A stretch of DNA of 64,000 nucleotides from Octopus sinensis (taxonomy: Eukaryota): assembly GCF_006345805.1 (NCBI RefSeq), contig NC_043002.1, forward strand, positions 56,606,001 through 56,670,000. The letters run 5' to 3'. This document shows, piece after piece, positions 23,601 to 35,560 of this stretch (position 1 is its first letter; the number at the start of each line of letters is the position of its first letter). The notes under the pieces were generated by a model, which was not told the origin of the DNA, ran no database searches, and worked only from the letters and a program-made list of their open reading frames with translations. The position numbers and the translations under genes are program-made.

Positions 23601-24494
23601 TTAAAATTGACTCCCATATTTGTTGCTGCAATGTCACATCAAATGCAGCCCTATTTGTCCTATCTAGTTTCATCTTTCAAGGTTCAGAGTTTAAAATTAA
23701 AGTTGACATTACTTTTTCTGTCCAACTCTTACTAACTTTGGTGTGTTTCCAATTGTTGAACTTTGCTTTGTTTTATTAATGTTTGCCTTTCTTGGTGAAA
23801 ATGGTTTACAAATTTAAATTCAGAAAATTGTCACCTTTGTGATATTATCATATGGAATCTAGCTATTACAGAGATTCTCTATTTAAATATTTATTGTGTT
23901 GGTTTCCATGAAAGAATTGATATTTTTGGAACAGAATTCCTTACAGGTTGTTCTTTTTCATTTGAAATTATTACACTTAAGAATAAGGATTACTATCAAC
24001 TGGAGATTCTATACTTAACCAGCTTCGAGACTGCATGTTAAATCTTAAAGATACTCTGGTTATCCCTGGTATAGCTGAATGACATCTACTGGAAAATATC
24101 CTTGTAACTTTTTACACATTTAATGGAACCTATTTGCATGTAGAAATAATTTTCTATTGAACATTATTATCCTAATATAATAAGCATTGCTTTTAAGCTG
24201 TTATAGTAATGTGATATTTTAGTTTAAAGGGAAATACTTGCTCTATATAAAAAGTATTGAGTACAAAAATTTTTACAATTCCTGTTTATAATTTATTTAA
24301 AATTTAATGTGAATCATGTATTCATATACATTTTATTTTGTGAGAAGTTATTTTACCATAGAAAAAATAGCTGATTTTTCATTTTTCTTTTTTTTGAATT
24401 AAGGAACTTTAACATAATTATATCATTAAGTCAGTCTAGCCATAAACTTGCTATATTCGCTTCAGTTTTTGTGTCTATCCTCACTCATGGTCAT

Positions 24495-24880
24495 AAATGT
24501 TAGGTAACGACTGAAAGATTACGATTGTGAATACAAGCGACCAAAATAGGGTTCCTGAAGGATCTCTAGAGTGATATTACTTGATAGTGTGTGTAGCTTG
24601 GAGATCAGACTGTCTCTCCAGGTGGAGGTCACATCTCTGGTCCTATGGATACGTGATTGGAATGTCTTGGGAAAGAATTACATGATGGATTCTTCAAACC
24701 CAGCTAGACCTCACGACAGACCAAGAACAAGATTGGTTGCATAATATTTACAGTCTCAGTCATGCTTGGGAACCTGGCCAGAAAGTATAATGGTGATTGC
24801 TTCTGATAGTACTCTATGGAGGACTCTCTCCATCACCCTCTCAGGCAGAGAAAACAGATGGATGGATAATGGAAATTGTT
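24495..24880 (+). mobile_element. Degenerate RTE-group LINE 3' end
   Basis: PARPHDRPRTR..DSTLWRTLS followed by a GATG-repeat tail. Confidence 0.5.
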
Positions 24881-25052
24881 TCTTTCTTTTATTTTTTATG
24901 ACCATTCTCTGTGAAATGTCCAAAGTTTGCTCACCTCTGTGAACTAACCACTGATACATTGCCACCTCTACTATTGAAAAGTTACGTGAGATTTTAAAGC
25001 CATGGGAATTTTCTTTTTGTTTCTTTTGTCCTTCACGTTCCTTATCAACCAT

Positions 25053-25437
25053 ACTTACTTACTTGTACTTGTGGCGACATTCACCCTGGGCGGGTTGAGT
25101 TGGCTTCTTCCACCACCCTCGAGGCATCTCAAATCATGGTAGTGGAAGAAGTTTCGTGGGAATATGAATTTCATAAGCGGTCCTCAACAATCACGCATGT
25201 AGAGACCTCCTGTTTGCCGCAGATTGTCCGCAGACGCGGGGACAGAACAACCGAGGAGCCACTGGTTGCCGAAACAGACACTCCGTGGATTTTCACCAGA
25301 GCCCGGTCTGCCGGGTTGTGGCCCTAATACCACTCGTCGTCAGACCAATCTGCCTTGAGTGGCACTACCAGGAACTGAAGTTCCCGACTGCATAGCTCTG
25401 ACACTACCCGTTGTCAGCATCTCCACCACGGTGACGC
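25053..25437 (-). mobile_element. Young 385-bp non-autonomous retroposon with an RTE-type 3' end
   Basis: 13-bp TSD CCTTATCAACCAT (25040-25052 and 25438-25450), a CAAGTA/AAGT-repeat tail, a 3' end reading ...STRPG*MSPQVQV, and high CpG content. Confidence 0.8.
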
Positions 25438-25517
25438 CCTTATCAACCATGACTGTAGTCAGTTTGATATCTCAAGTAATTCTGTTGATGGTTTTAGATT
25501 GAATTCCCTTTTCTTTT

Positions 25518-25552
<35 letters not shown>

Positions 25553-26412
25553 CTTAATCCCATCATGCTTAACTTTGCTGTTATTTCAAGCCTCTGGAGT
25601 TGATGAAATAAAGTACCAGTCAGCTTAAACAACTAAACTCTTTCCCTGGTGCCTAGGTTATAAAAAAATTATTATTACTGTTATGTATTTATAAACTGTC
25701 AAAGTATGTTTATAATATCTACACAAAGTATAAATCTTGGATTATTCCATGCATAGGCATGGCTGTGTGGTTAAGAAGTTTGCTTCCCAACCCAGTGATC
25801 TTTAGGTTCAGTCCTACTGTACGGCATCTTGTAAGTGGATTTGATAAGCTTGTTGTATATATGTTTTTATATCTTGTCTTGATAGCATATGATAGTTGTA
25901 AACAAGTGTCACCATCGTACAAGTTGTGCCTGTTGTTTTGAATCTTCCTTGGCATGCTTGTTGCAAAAAATGAAAACATATCCTTTTGTGTGTCCCAGAT
26001 GCCTACATGTGGAACAAAATACTTGATATGTTTCCACTGTTCCTGAGGATGGTACATTTGTGAAATAGTTTTCACTACCTTTACAAAATTTGCCATTAAG
26101 ATGTTTATGTGATAAAACAAAATCCAAAGGGACTAATGTTAGTCTGAGCCAGCAAGACCTGTATTGAATTAAAAAAGACAAAAAGAATACTGTGAACTTA
26201 CTGTGGAGTGGTAAATTTAATGTTGGGTGTGTGTATGTGTGTGTTTTTATAGTCCTTCCTCAGGGAAAAGGTATCTGGAGAGATATTAAGATGTTTAGTT
26301 TGGCAACATGTGATTGTGACCTCCACTATAGTGAAAAAAAGTTGATAGCAATGGTCTTCACTGATTCTATGCTCAATAGTAAAATAGCTGACAGGTTTAA
26401 GTAATTCTTCAG

Positions 26413-26545
26413 ATATTAATCTTAGTATTGAAGACATGAGAAAGAAAAAATGGTAGATCCAACAGATCCATCGTCTGAAAGTTCTACAGATACACCTGTA
26501 GAAAGAAATGTAATGTATGCTTTGAACCCACATAACAATGGCAAA
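26413..26545 (+). CDS. Plus-strand gene, probable exon 3 with a frame discontinuity (DINLSIEDMRKKKW* overlapping MVDPTDPSSESSTDTPVERNVMYALNPHNNGK)
   Basis: Acceptor TTCTTCAG and donor AAA|GTAAGA. The incoming phase-1 frame stops at TAG 26454-26456. The ATG at 26450 opens 32 codons that end in phase 0 at the donor. Confidence 0.6.
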
Positions 26546-26664
26546 GTAAGAAATATACTGTATGAGGGGAATAATACTTAATTGTGTGCAAGCCCCCAGA
26601 TCTTACATATTTGGAAACAGCTCTGATGAGTAACCTGCATCTATACTTTTTTGACATGCTCTAG

Positions 26665-26694
26665 TTAAGTATGGTGGTTCAGTCAATTGATTTG
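26665..26694 (+). CDS. Candidate 30-nt exon (LSMVVQSIDL)
   Basis: Acceptor ACTTTTTTGACATGCTCTAG and donor TTG|GTGAGT. Only the phase-0 frame is open, matching the end of exon 3. The preceding intron is 119 nt. Confidence 0.45.
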
Positions 26695-29600
26695 GTGAGT
26701 ATATCATATCATAGCTGTGCATCCCTATAATCCAATGCTAAGACAAGTAACTGAATCAGTTTACATTTGAGAATATGAATCTGGTCTTAATTTGTCCAAA
26801 AAAAAAAGGTACAGTACCAAACCTCTTATTCGAAATCCAGAAATCTGGCTAGCTTTGAATTTCGTGGGCTGTTTCTGATCAATTAAATAATTAAAAATAA
26901 ACACCATGGTTTGATGTTTATGGAAAAAATTATTCAAAATAATGAGATTATTTTGAAAATAATCGCATCTTATAACAGATACTTATTTAAAAGTCATTAT
27001 CATAATTTTAATGTCCACTTTTCCATGCTTGCATGGGTCACATGGAGTTTATGGAGGAGACAGATTTTTTTATGACCAGATAAGATACCCTCTTCTCAAC
27101 GACGCTTACTTGTTTCCAGACATGGTAACAATTTCCCATGGCCAGACATGTTTTTGCAGAATAAATGATACAGCTTGCATAAACAGTGGCATTCATTTAC
27201 ACTGATCACGCAATATCAAGACAAGGAGAAGCATGCATACAAACACACACACACATTCATATGCATATGATGGGCTTCTTTCAGTTTTCATTTACTAAAT
27301 CCATTCATAAGGCTTTGGTTGCCCAACGTCACAAAGTAGGACTGAACTGGAAACCATGTCTTTGGTAATGAAATTTTTGTAATTAACAACTTAGTAACTC
27401 AGTAGTACTATAATTTCTGATTGAGTTGTTTTATCTTCAGTTTTATAACATCTTCAGTAAACCATACCCATTTCTATTTGTCATGTTCACTTCAACTTGT
27501 GAAGAAGAAAACAACAAAAACATTTGTATAAAAAGCTTTTGATTATGTGTTTATTAATGAATATTTCCATTATCTTGCATCTTTATTTAATCTTTTGTTT
27601 GGAGACAAAATTAACAAAAGAAAAAAGTCCCTTTATCAATTAGTATGACCTAACAGAACAAAGTTTTAGACAGTAGATGACAGAAAGCAGTGTTTATCAG
27701 AAACTGTAAATGAATGTTTTAAGTCTATTGATTTGTATAGTTTTCAGTGTTAAAAATGTCACTGTTTGACTTGTTCTTTGAAGTCATTGGAAAATCTTTT
27801 GTAGAAGAGATGTTTTCTGATTGGAAAACTTTTATGTCGATTCAGCCTTTAATGGTTAAGATTAATCTGTAGTCCACACCATCAATATTTTAAAGATAAT
27901 TTCACACACACACACATATATGAATGTATGTAATATGTATTTATAACTCCATTGGCTAAATTTGATATTATCTCAGTAGGCATATCACTCAAGTATAGCT
28001 AGGTTAATTTTGCATACATACAGGGTGAGGCTGTATGTCAAATTGCTATTTTTTTATTTATTTAATTTTTTTTTCTACTGATGACTGTCTCATCTTTACG
28101 AAAATGTATATTAAGAGCACAACTTTGTAAATAAGTTTTTTTTTCATCCCCTGGTTTTGAACTATAAAAGAAATTTTCCTTGTTACTTGCACATATTTTT
28201 GCAAGAAAAATTTCAGTCACCAAATTGTATGAGCAGTAAAGTTGAATATTACAGTAAAAATAAGATTATAAAATGATAATGTACTTGTTTTCAATATTCT
28301 GGAGATTTACTTTTTTTTTGTCATTGGAGAACATCCCTGTTCTCTTGTACCCACCTTCCATAAATAGGTTCTAACATCGTCATGTCCAATTACCCAAGGT
28401 ACCATGAAGTGGGATTGAACTCATGACCACATGGTTAGGAGGAATCTTGTCAATGACATATCTGCACCTACCTACTAAATTCTACAATACTACTAGGTTC
28501 TGATATGGAAATAAGACTTGTTATGGATGGTTTGGTAAGACCACATGGTTCTGGTTGAGTGAGCATGTGACATGGAGTTTATTTAATCAACCAAGCCACC
28601 AACAATGAGAAACAATGTCACAATAGCTACAAAGTCGTCTAATTTTTCCTAATTTTTCATCATAACATGCAACCTATATTTATTATTCATGTTGCGTTGA
28701 TAAGATGAGTTAACTTATGGACAGAATTTTCATTCACAGTTCTAATCCTGATAGCCTTTCTGTTGTTAGTGATTCTGTTAAGTCATTTGAGGTGAACTGA
28801 GGAAATTTTGTATGTTGTTGTTTTTTCAAGTTCTTGAGCTTTTCTATAATAACTAAGCTCCAGACCTGGTAATTTAATCGAACTTTTGTTTCTGGAAATG
28901 ATAGAGACAGGTCTTTGTTGCATGTGGAACCAAACTCCAGTTTTACAGTAATTTGGTATTGTGATATTTGTTTCTTTTTCTCCATCTATTTTTTCACTTT
29001 TCCCTGTGCTCCTACATTCTATACAATTACTGGATTTCTTCTTCAAGTCTTTGTATTTTCTGTATTTAGTGATAGTTATGTTTTCCAATATTTTCTTGAC
29101 TTAGCATTGGGAATATATATCCTATTTGATAGCATCAATTAAAAAAGTGAGTCTTATATACCATCAAATCAATAGTAGATGTAAACCTATTGTCAATATT
29201 GGAATGTTGCTGGCTCTACCCTACCATCATCATCATTAATATCTATTTTCCATTATGGCATGGGATGGATGGTTTGACTGGCACTGGCAAGGTCAGGAAC
29301 TGCACCAGTTTCCATTGTCTGTTTTGGTATGGTTTCTACAGCTGGATGCCCTTCCTAACACCAAATACTTTAGAGTGTACTGGGTGCTTTTTATGTGGCA
29401 CCACCACCACTACTATTACTACTACCTGTTATTATTAGGTTTCTCAAAAATATATTGGACTAAACATTACATATTCTTTTATTTTTATAAGTTGCATCTA
29501 ATGGGACGCTTTCAGTATTCTTGCAATCTACTCACTCCCAACTCTTCAAAATTTACATTAATTCTTCAATAAACTCCATTACCATTTTGATATGAGCAAC

Positions 29601-30815
29601 CTCATTTTCACAGTTTGGAATACTTTCACCTTACTAGTAACAGACTATAAGTAATTCCTTCCACTATAATAATGATATTTGTATTGATTGTACAGCGTGT
29701 GTATTGTGCTTTAAGGAAATTATTAATTATCTCTCCAAATTAGATGGATATTTAATTAGTACTTTATTTTCAAGTGTCATTCAATAGCCATGAAGTTTTA
29801 TGACTAAATGTATTTGAAAACATTTTCATTACAAATTTTAATATTCTCTTTCTAATTTAAAATGGTCTTGGATTCAGTCCCACTGCATGGTACCTTGGAC
29901 AAGTGTCTGCTGCTATAGCCTCTACTGATCAAAGCCTTGTGAGGGAATTTGATTGAAAATTGAAAGAATCCTGTCGTGTGTGTGTGTGTGTGTGTTAATG
30001 ACTTGATATTGTATGATAGTTGTAAACAAGCATCACCATCATATAAGCAGTGTCCTTTCAGTCTTCCTTAAAAACATGTCTGGCTATGGGTAAATATCAT
30101 CTTACATGGAAACAGGCTGGGTTGGTGACGGGAAAGGTATCTGGCCTTAGAAAATCTACCTCAATGAATTCTGTTTGACCCATCGAGCATAGAGAAGTGA
30201 GCATTAAAACAATGATGATGAATTTGTGATATTGGGCTAGCATGGAAAGCGAATGTTAAACGATGATGATGAGCATTGTAATAACCGTTTCTCATTGAGG
30301 AAAATTTAAGTAAGATGAGCTGAGTACAATGTTTTGGTTGTAAGTCATAAGCCTAAGAGCTATGGTTTCTGCACATTACTCATTCAGCTGCCAATTCATA
30401 ATACTTCTATTTTCTTTGTTCCTACTTGTATAATTCTTGCTGTTGGTGCACTTTTAACAGACATTGTTCATTTACTGTTGAAGGGTGGTGGCTTTTCAAT
30501 AATATTTGGCATTCTTCTTCTCACTTGAATGTTTCTTTGGTAGAGAGTATACTTTTGCTGTAATGAGTAGTCATCCAAAACTTCTAAAATTGAAGACTAT
30601 ACTATCACCACCACCACCACCACTACTGCTCTGCTATGTATGGTGTATCATCACCAATATTGATAAGTCACCTCACTGCATGATTAATCTACTTCTTCAT
30701 TGAATCAATCATTAATCATAAGTTATGAAGTTGTTTTAGATTGAGTTTCACTGTTTTGTCACTTTGAAACAGTGATCCAGATTGCATTGACTTGGTGCTA
30801 TTTTCTTCTATTTAA

Positions 30816-31044
30816 CCCTTTAGCATTCAGATTATTCTGTCAAGTGTAATACTTATTTCTTTCATATTGTTTTGAATTAATCAAGCATTCTTGTAGCTTC
30901 AAGATTTTGATGATGTGATTGTTTATTTTTAGAATATCATTGCAGGATAGGTGTGAGAGGTTAGATTTAGCCAGTTTGTACATAAAAAGATAGAATATAT
31001 GGAATTTATTTAAACTGGATATGGCTGGTTTAAATGCTAAAGGG
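30816..31044. mobile_element. piggyBac-type MITE (other copies at 33623-33841 and, inverted, 37231-37432)
   Basis: TTAA|CCCTTTAGCATT ... AATGCTAAAGGG|TTAA. Confidence 0.85.
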
Positions 31045-31352
31045 TTAAATCAAGTTTGCTGTTGGGATGACTGAGGCACTAAACACTAATTCTAGCCATG
31101 ATAATTCTTCAAGGGTTTCCTTTTAAAGTTCCTAGTTGTAAATGCTGTGATGAGAACTATAGTATCTCTGACAAAATTATCATTATGTTCATTTTCCAGT
31201 CCAACATAGGTTGGATGGTTTGATGGAAACTGGTGAACCACAGGGTTGTGTTGAACTCCAGTGTCAGCTTTTGCATGGTTTCTGCAGCTGGATGCCCTTC
31301 CTAATAGTGATCCTTGTCTATGTTTATAGTTTCACAAAACTAGGAAGAGATA

Positions 31353-31535
31353 AAGATTGTTTGCCAACATAACATGGCAGCTCCATTGAGCTGAGTTGGG
31401 GTGCTAGATTCCCTTTGAAAATATAAGGACACAAATCATGTTGTATAGCCAGCTGGAGATGAAATCTCGTGGGGCTAAATTACAGCAACATTTGTCCTAA
31501 ACCAGGACTGCCATGTTATTTTAGCAAACAATCTT
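31353..31535. mobile_element. TA-flanked MITE with ~30-bp TIRs
   Basis: TA|AAGATTGTTTGCCAACATAACATGGCAG ... CTGCCATGTTATTTTAGCAAACAATCTT|TA. Confidence 0.7.
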
Positions 31536-34500
31536 TACTACAAAGTACTATTGCTGAATATCTCACATTGTGAGCTTTAAAAATAGTAATTTTCTAATTT
31601 ATAGGGAGAGATGTTTGGGAATGGAACTTTTAAGTTTCACATAGTGAAACATGCTTACCTCTTTTTTTCAATTGCTAATAGTAACTTTGATTCAAACATC
31701 ATTTGATTGACAGCATTTACAAACCATTTCTCTATCTCCATTGCTTAATCATTACCATCATCATAATCCATTTGCATATTTCATTCTAAATACAACTGCT
31801 GAAGGGTGATGTTAAGAATAAAAGGACAGATATCTATATGTGATAGTATCCCTCAGTGTTTGGGCAACACTGGTAAGCGATGAGTGAGAGAATAACAAAG
31901 AGAGAAGGAGCAATTAATGTAAATATAATAGTTAAGAGAAACTTGAGTGGAGATATTATATAACCCAGTCTCCATCATTTTACTTCTCCTTCAGCATGTT
32001 GCCTTACCACATGTGCTTCTTTGTCATCTCTTTGTTAAACTCAGCTTCTTGAAATTAATTTTCAGCACTTTGCTCCTTACCTTCCTTGATCTCTCTCTCC
32101 CCCCCATTCACAGGTTCCATCCACTTGGAGTACTTGGCATTTTATACAACAGACATACCCATACCAATATAATCTTCTTTCTTGCATCCTTTCTTGTTGT
32201 ATCTAGTCTTCTCATTTGTACTTCATTGTTCATGCACAATAACATCTAACAGTGTGTGCATGCATCGTTTCTTTTCCATCCATTGAAAATTCTCCATCCT
32301 CATGACATACATCTCATTGTAGCAATTATGCTTCCTGAACACCCACCACTACTGCTAATTTACATCTCTTAGGTGACAAAAACTATTGCCTACTCTTAAG
32401 GAGCTTTGTTTGAACTGCATACACTCTTACTACCAACAACTCTTGTGCATCTGCCACATGTGAATTCACCCCTCTCTCTACCTGTAACATCACTACACTC
32501 CTAATATATTCATAGTTTACAAATGTTACTACATGGCATTTCTAGGCCACTCTCCTGATAGTGGTAAAGTCCTGTCTTCACTACTGACTAAAGTTTAGTC
32601 TTCACCAGGTTTTCATTTCAAGTCTCTTGATTCTAAGTTTTTATTTGAAGTTTGGAATTTTTTCTTTAAATCTTTGACTGATTCAGGTCATTGGCATATA
32701 GAGTTTCCCATGGACAGCCAATTTTAAACTCCTATGTGGGGGCCTGAAACACTATAATAATATACAGAAAGGGACTTACAACAGCTCTAATGTCCATCTA
32801 ATTCTAATACTAATTTCCTACTGATGTCCTCCTTAACTCTGATCTTACTGACGGCACCTGTATGGCTCTTACATACCATTTGTCTGTCTTGGGTAGTTGA
32901 AAGACAAACGTAGTGAAAACTCACTTATTTGAAAAACAGGTATGGGTTAGTGACAAGAAGGATACCAGACTTTAAAACACTGCCTCAGTAATATGAAGTC
33001 AGGGAAAACCAGACATATATATATATATTTGGTATATACAATTGAGACAGTGTTAAATTTAAATAGCCATCTGATGTACTTAATGCATACACACTGTCAA
33101 TAGGCCAGTTGCTGCAATATTTGTCCTGAGATAACATCTGCAAGTACATGCCATTGTAAAGGCAAAAAAAAAAAGCAAAAAAATCTATCAGATGTTCTTG
33201 CTTGCTGCTGGGACAAACTTTTCTCTCCCTCTAATATTTGTGCTTTTAACACAGCATGTCCATAAGAGATGTCATGTCAGTACTAAACCCATAGTAACAG
33301 GCCTATTGACTATGTATACATATCGTTCATTTTCTCAAGTGTAAGGAAAGTACTATTTGTTGGCAAAATATTTTTGCACATGGTCTCCTGGTGGTAAGGC
33401 ATTTTGTTAATTTTTTCTTAATTACTACTCTGATTATTTACCCAAAGCATGTTCCTTATAGATACAAATGCTGTGTGTAAACAATGTAAATGAATCTAAT
33501 GTAGCTGACTATCCTTGAATATTAGATTTTAATCATAAAATTAGATTTTAGTCCAAAAATGATATTCTTTACTTTTTTAAAAAACACTTTCATATTTTTT
33601 ACATTGACATTGAAATATTTAACTGTTAAGCATTCAGATTGTTCTGTTAATGCAATGCTTATTTGTTCACATTGCTTTGAATTGACCATGAATCATCTTG
33701 GAGCTTTGAGATTTCAATGGCATGATTGTTTATATTTAGAATGACTTTGTAGGTTAGGTGAGATAGGTCAGATCTGGTTGGTTTAAATATAAAACTAGTA
33801 GAATATCTGGGTTGGTTATGACCAGTTTAAATGCTAAAGGGTTAAAGTTAATTAGAAATTAATCCTGTTTTTATAATTACATTTCATTTGCATATGTGCT
33901 AGACTAATTTTTGCTGATTGTTATTAATCTTGTATATATTTTAAATACTTCATTGACAAAATAGAAAGATACTTGCAGTCAGACAGGGGCTTCCATCACT
34001 AAGCTGTGTCTGACTGCCTTATCACTCCTTAAATTTGAGTCTTTACATCCCCTTTTTTTAAGGAAATGATTTGTAGACAAATGGCTTACTTGCGAACCAT
34101 CTCAAGTGCTCATTTACTGATTGACTATTACTTTTTCAGATCTTGAGTTGACTGGATTTTATGTATTGCTGACTACTTACTAACGATTGATTGTCAGATC
34201 TGAAATATTTCTCGGGATTTAGAATTGTTCAATTGATAATGTTGTCGACTGCATTAAGTGGGCTTTTAAGAGCTGTTGTCGTTACTGTCCATTACTCTTG
34301 AAGCTGTATAAAGCGTTCAGAGTTGATGTGTATGTTTGGCCTTATAGATTTACTTTGTCTTTTTATAGTATTTCTCATTATTGTTATAATGATAATTATT
34401 AATAATACTGCAGCTATTAATAATAACATAGATTATTGTTAATAATACTAGTATGAAGGAAGTGAGTAGGTAAAGGTTGAAAGAGTGTGGGAGGAGAGTA

Positions 34501-35298
34501 AAAAATGATTAGAGACAGAGAGAGGATGAATGTAAGTGGATGGTGAAAAGGGTAGAGGAGAAGTGGTCAGTGATAAATATGAGTTTGGGGGTGGTGAGGT
34601 GACAAGAAACAGGGATGGATGTTGATAGAAGTGGCCCAGAAGTGGTGACTGGCAGTACAGAAAGGCATTACGAACAGCAACCAACTGTAGAACCCATGCC
34701 AAAGCAGACAAATGGAACATGACACATCGGGTTCTGTCAGACCCATATTATCATACAAGACAGTGTTGATTTGTGTATGTTCCCATAACTTAGTGGTTTG
34801 TCAAAAGAGACTAATAGAATAAGCACCTGGCTTTAAAAAAAAGTACTGGGTTCAATTTGTTTGACTAAAACCCTTTCAAGACAGTGCCCCAGCATGGCCA
34901 TAGTCCAATGTCTGAAATAAGATAAATATAGATTTAATAAGGAAGTAATAATACAAGAGAAGTATTTTGTTAAAACTTGACTCAAGATAATTGGTGGGTG
35001 GGTGGGGGGAAGTATCTGGTTTGTTTTGTTATATTTTAATACTATGAATTTCGAGTGAGAACTGGCGAAGAATCTAATGTAATAGATCAAGTCTGTTTCT
35101 GTATGTGTAATATGTAGATTTGAGATATTTTCTTTCATAAAAATGGAATCTGATTTATTTTTATAGAGAAAGTGTAAATTTAATTGAATTCATCTGAGAA
35201 GAAATTTTAGAAAACTGGAACTTTTATTTCCCCACCCTTGGAAAATTGTTCTAAAAATGTGATTACGGTAGCTGTCATATTTTTAGTTTACTGTAGAT

Positions 35299-35560
35299 CA
35301 GTGGTTCTCATCAGGGGTCCATGTAGCCCTTAGGGGTCATTGTAAGATTTTGTTGTTAAAGTTTATGCGCAGTAAACTGGTTATACATCTGCAATATATG
35401 AAATATTTAAACAATTTTATTTTTACAGAATTCTTGATAATATCTAATTATAAAAATACAGTAAGATTGTTTTTATATCCATTAAATGGTTATGGGGTGG
35501 CCAGTAGAATAAAATAGGAATCCAAGGGGTCCATAGGCAAAAAATGACTGAGAACCATTG
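35299..35560. mobile_element. hAT-type MITE (related copy at 59709-59965)
   Basis: TIR CAGTGGTTCTCA / TGAGAACCATTG; TSD CTGTAGAT/TTGTAGAG. The 59.7-kb copy has TSD TGCTAAGA/ATCTAAGA. Confidence 0.75.

Noticed and set aside
25053-25437. Hammerhead (CTGACGA...GAAA) or canonical HDV ribozyme in the 385-bp retroposon
   Set aside because: Stem II does not close next to GAAA. The best HDV-like fit has a 12-nt L3 and no catalytic C in J4/2.
26413-26460. Antizyme-like +1 frameshift or selenocysteine readthrough
   Set aside because: There is no TCC-TGA site, the stop is TAG, the required shift is -1, and no SECIS-compliant hairpin was found downstream.
26413-26545. A-to-I editing of TAG to TGG to rescue the upstream frame
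   Set aside because: That frame has further stops (TAG, TAA) before the donor, so several edits would be needed.
28734-29142. Three overlapping ORFs (L1-like or piggyBac Cys-rich relic, or an exon SNPDSLSVVSDSVKSFEVN*)
   Set aside because: The similarities are weak and mutually exclusive. The phase is incompatible with the upstream exons. It is left unassigned.
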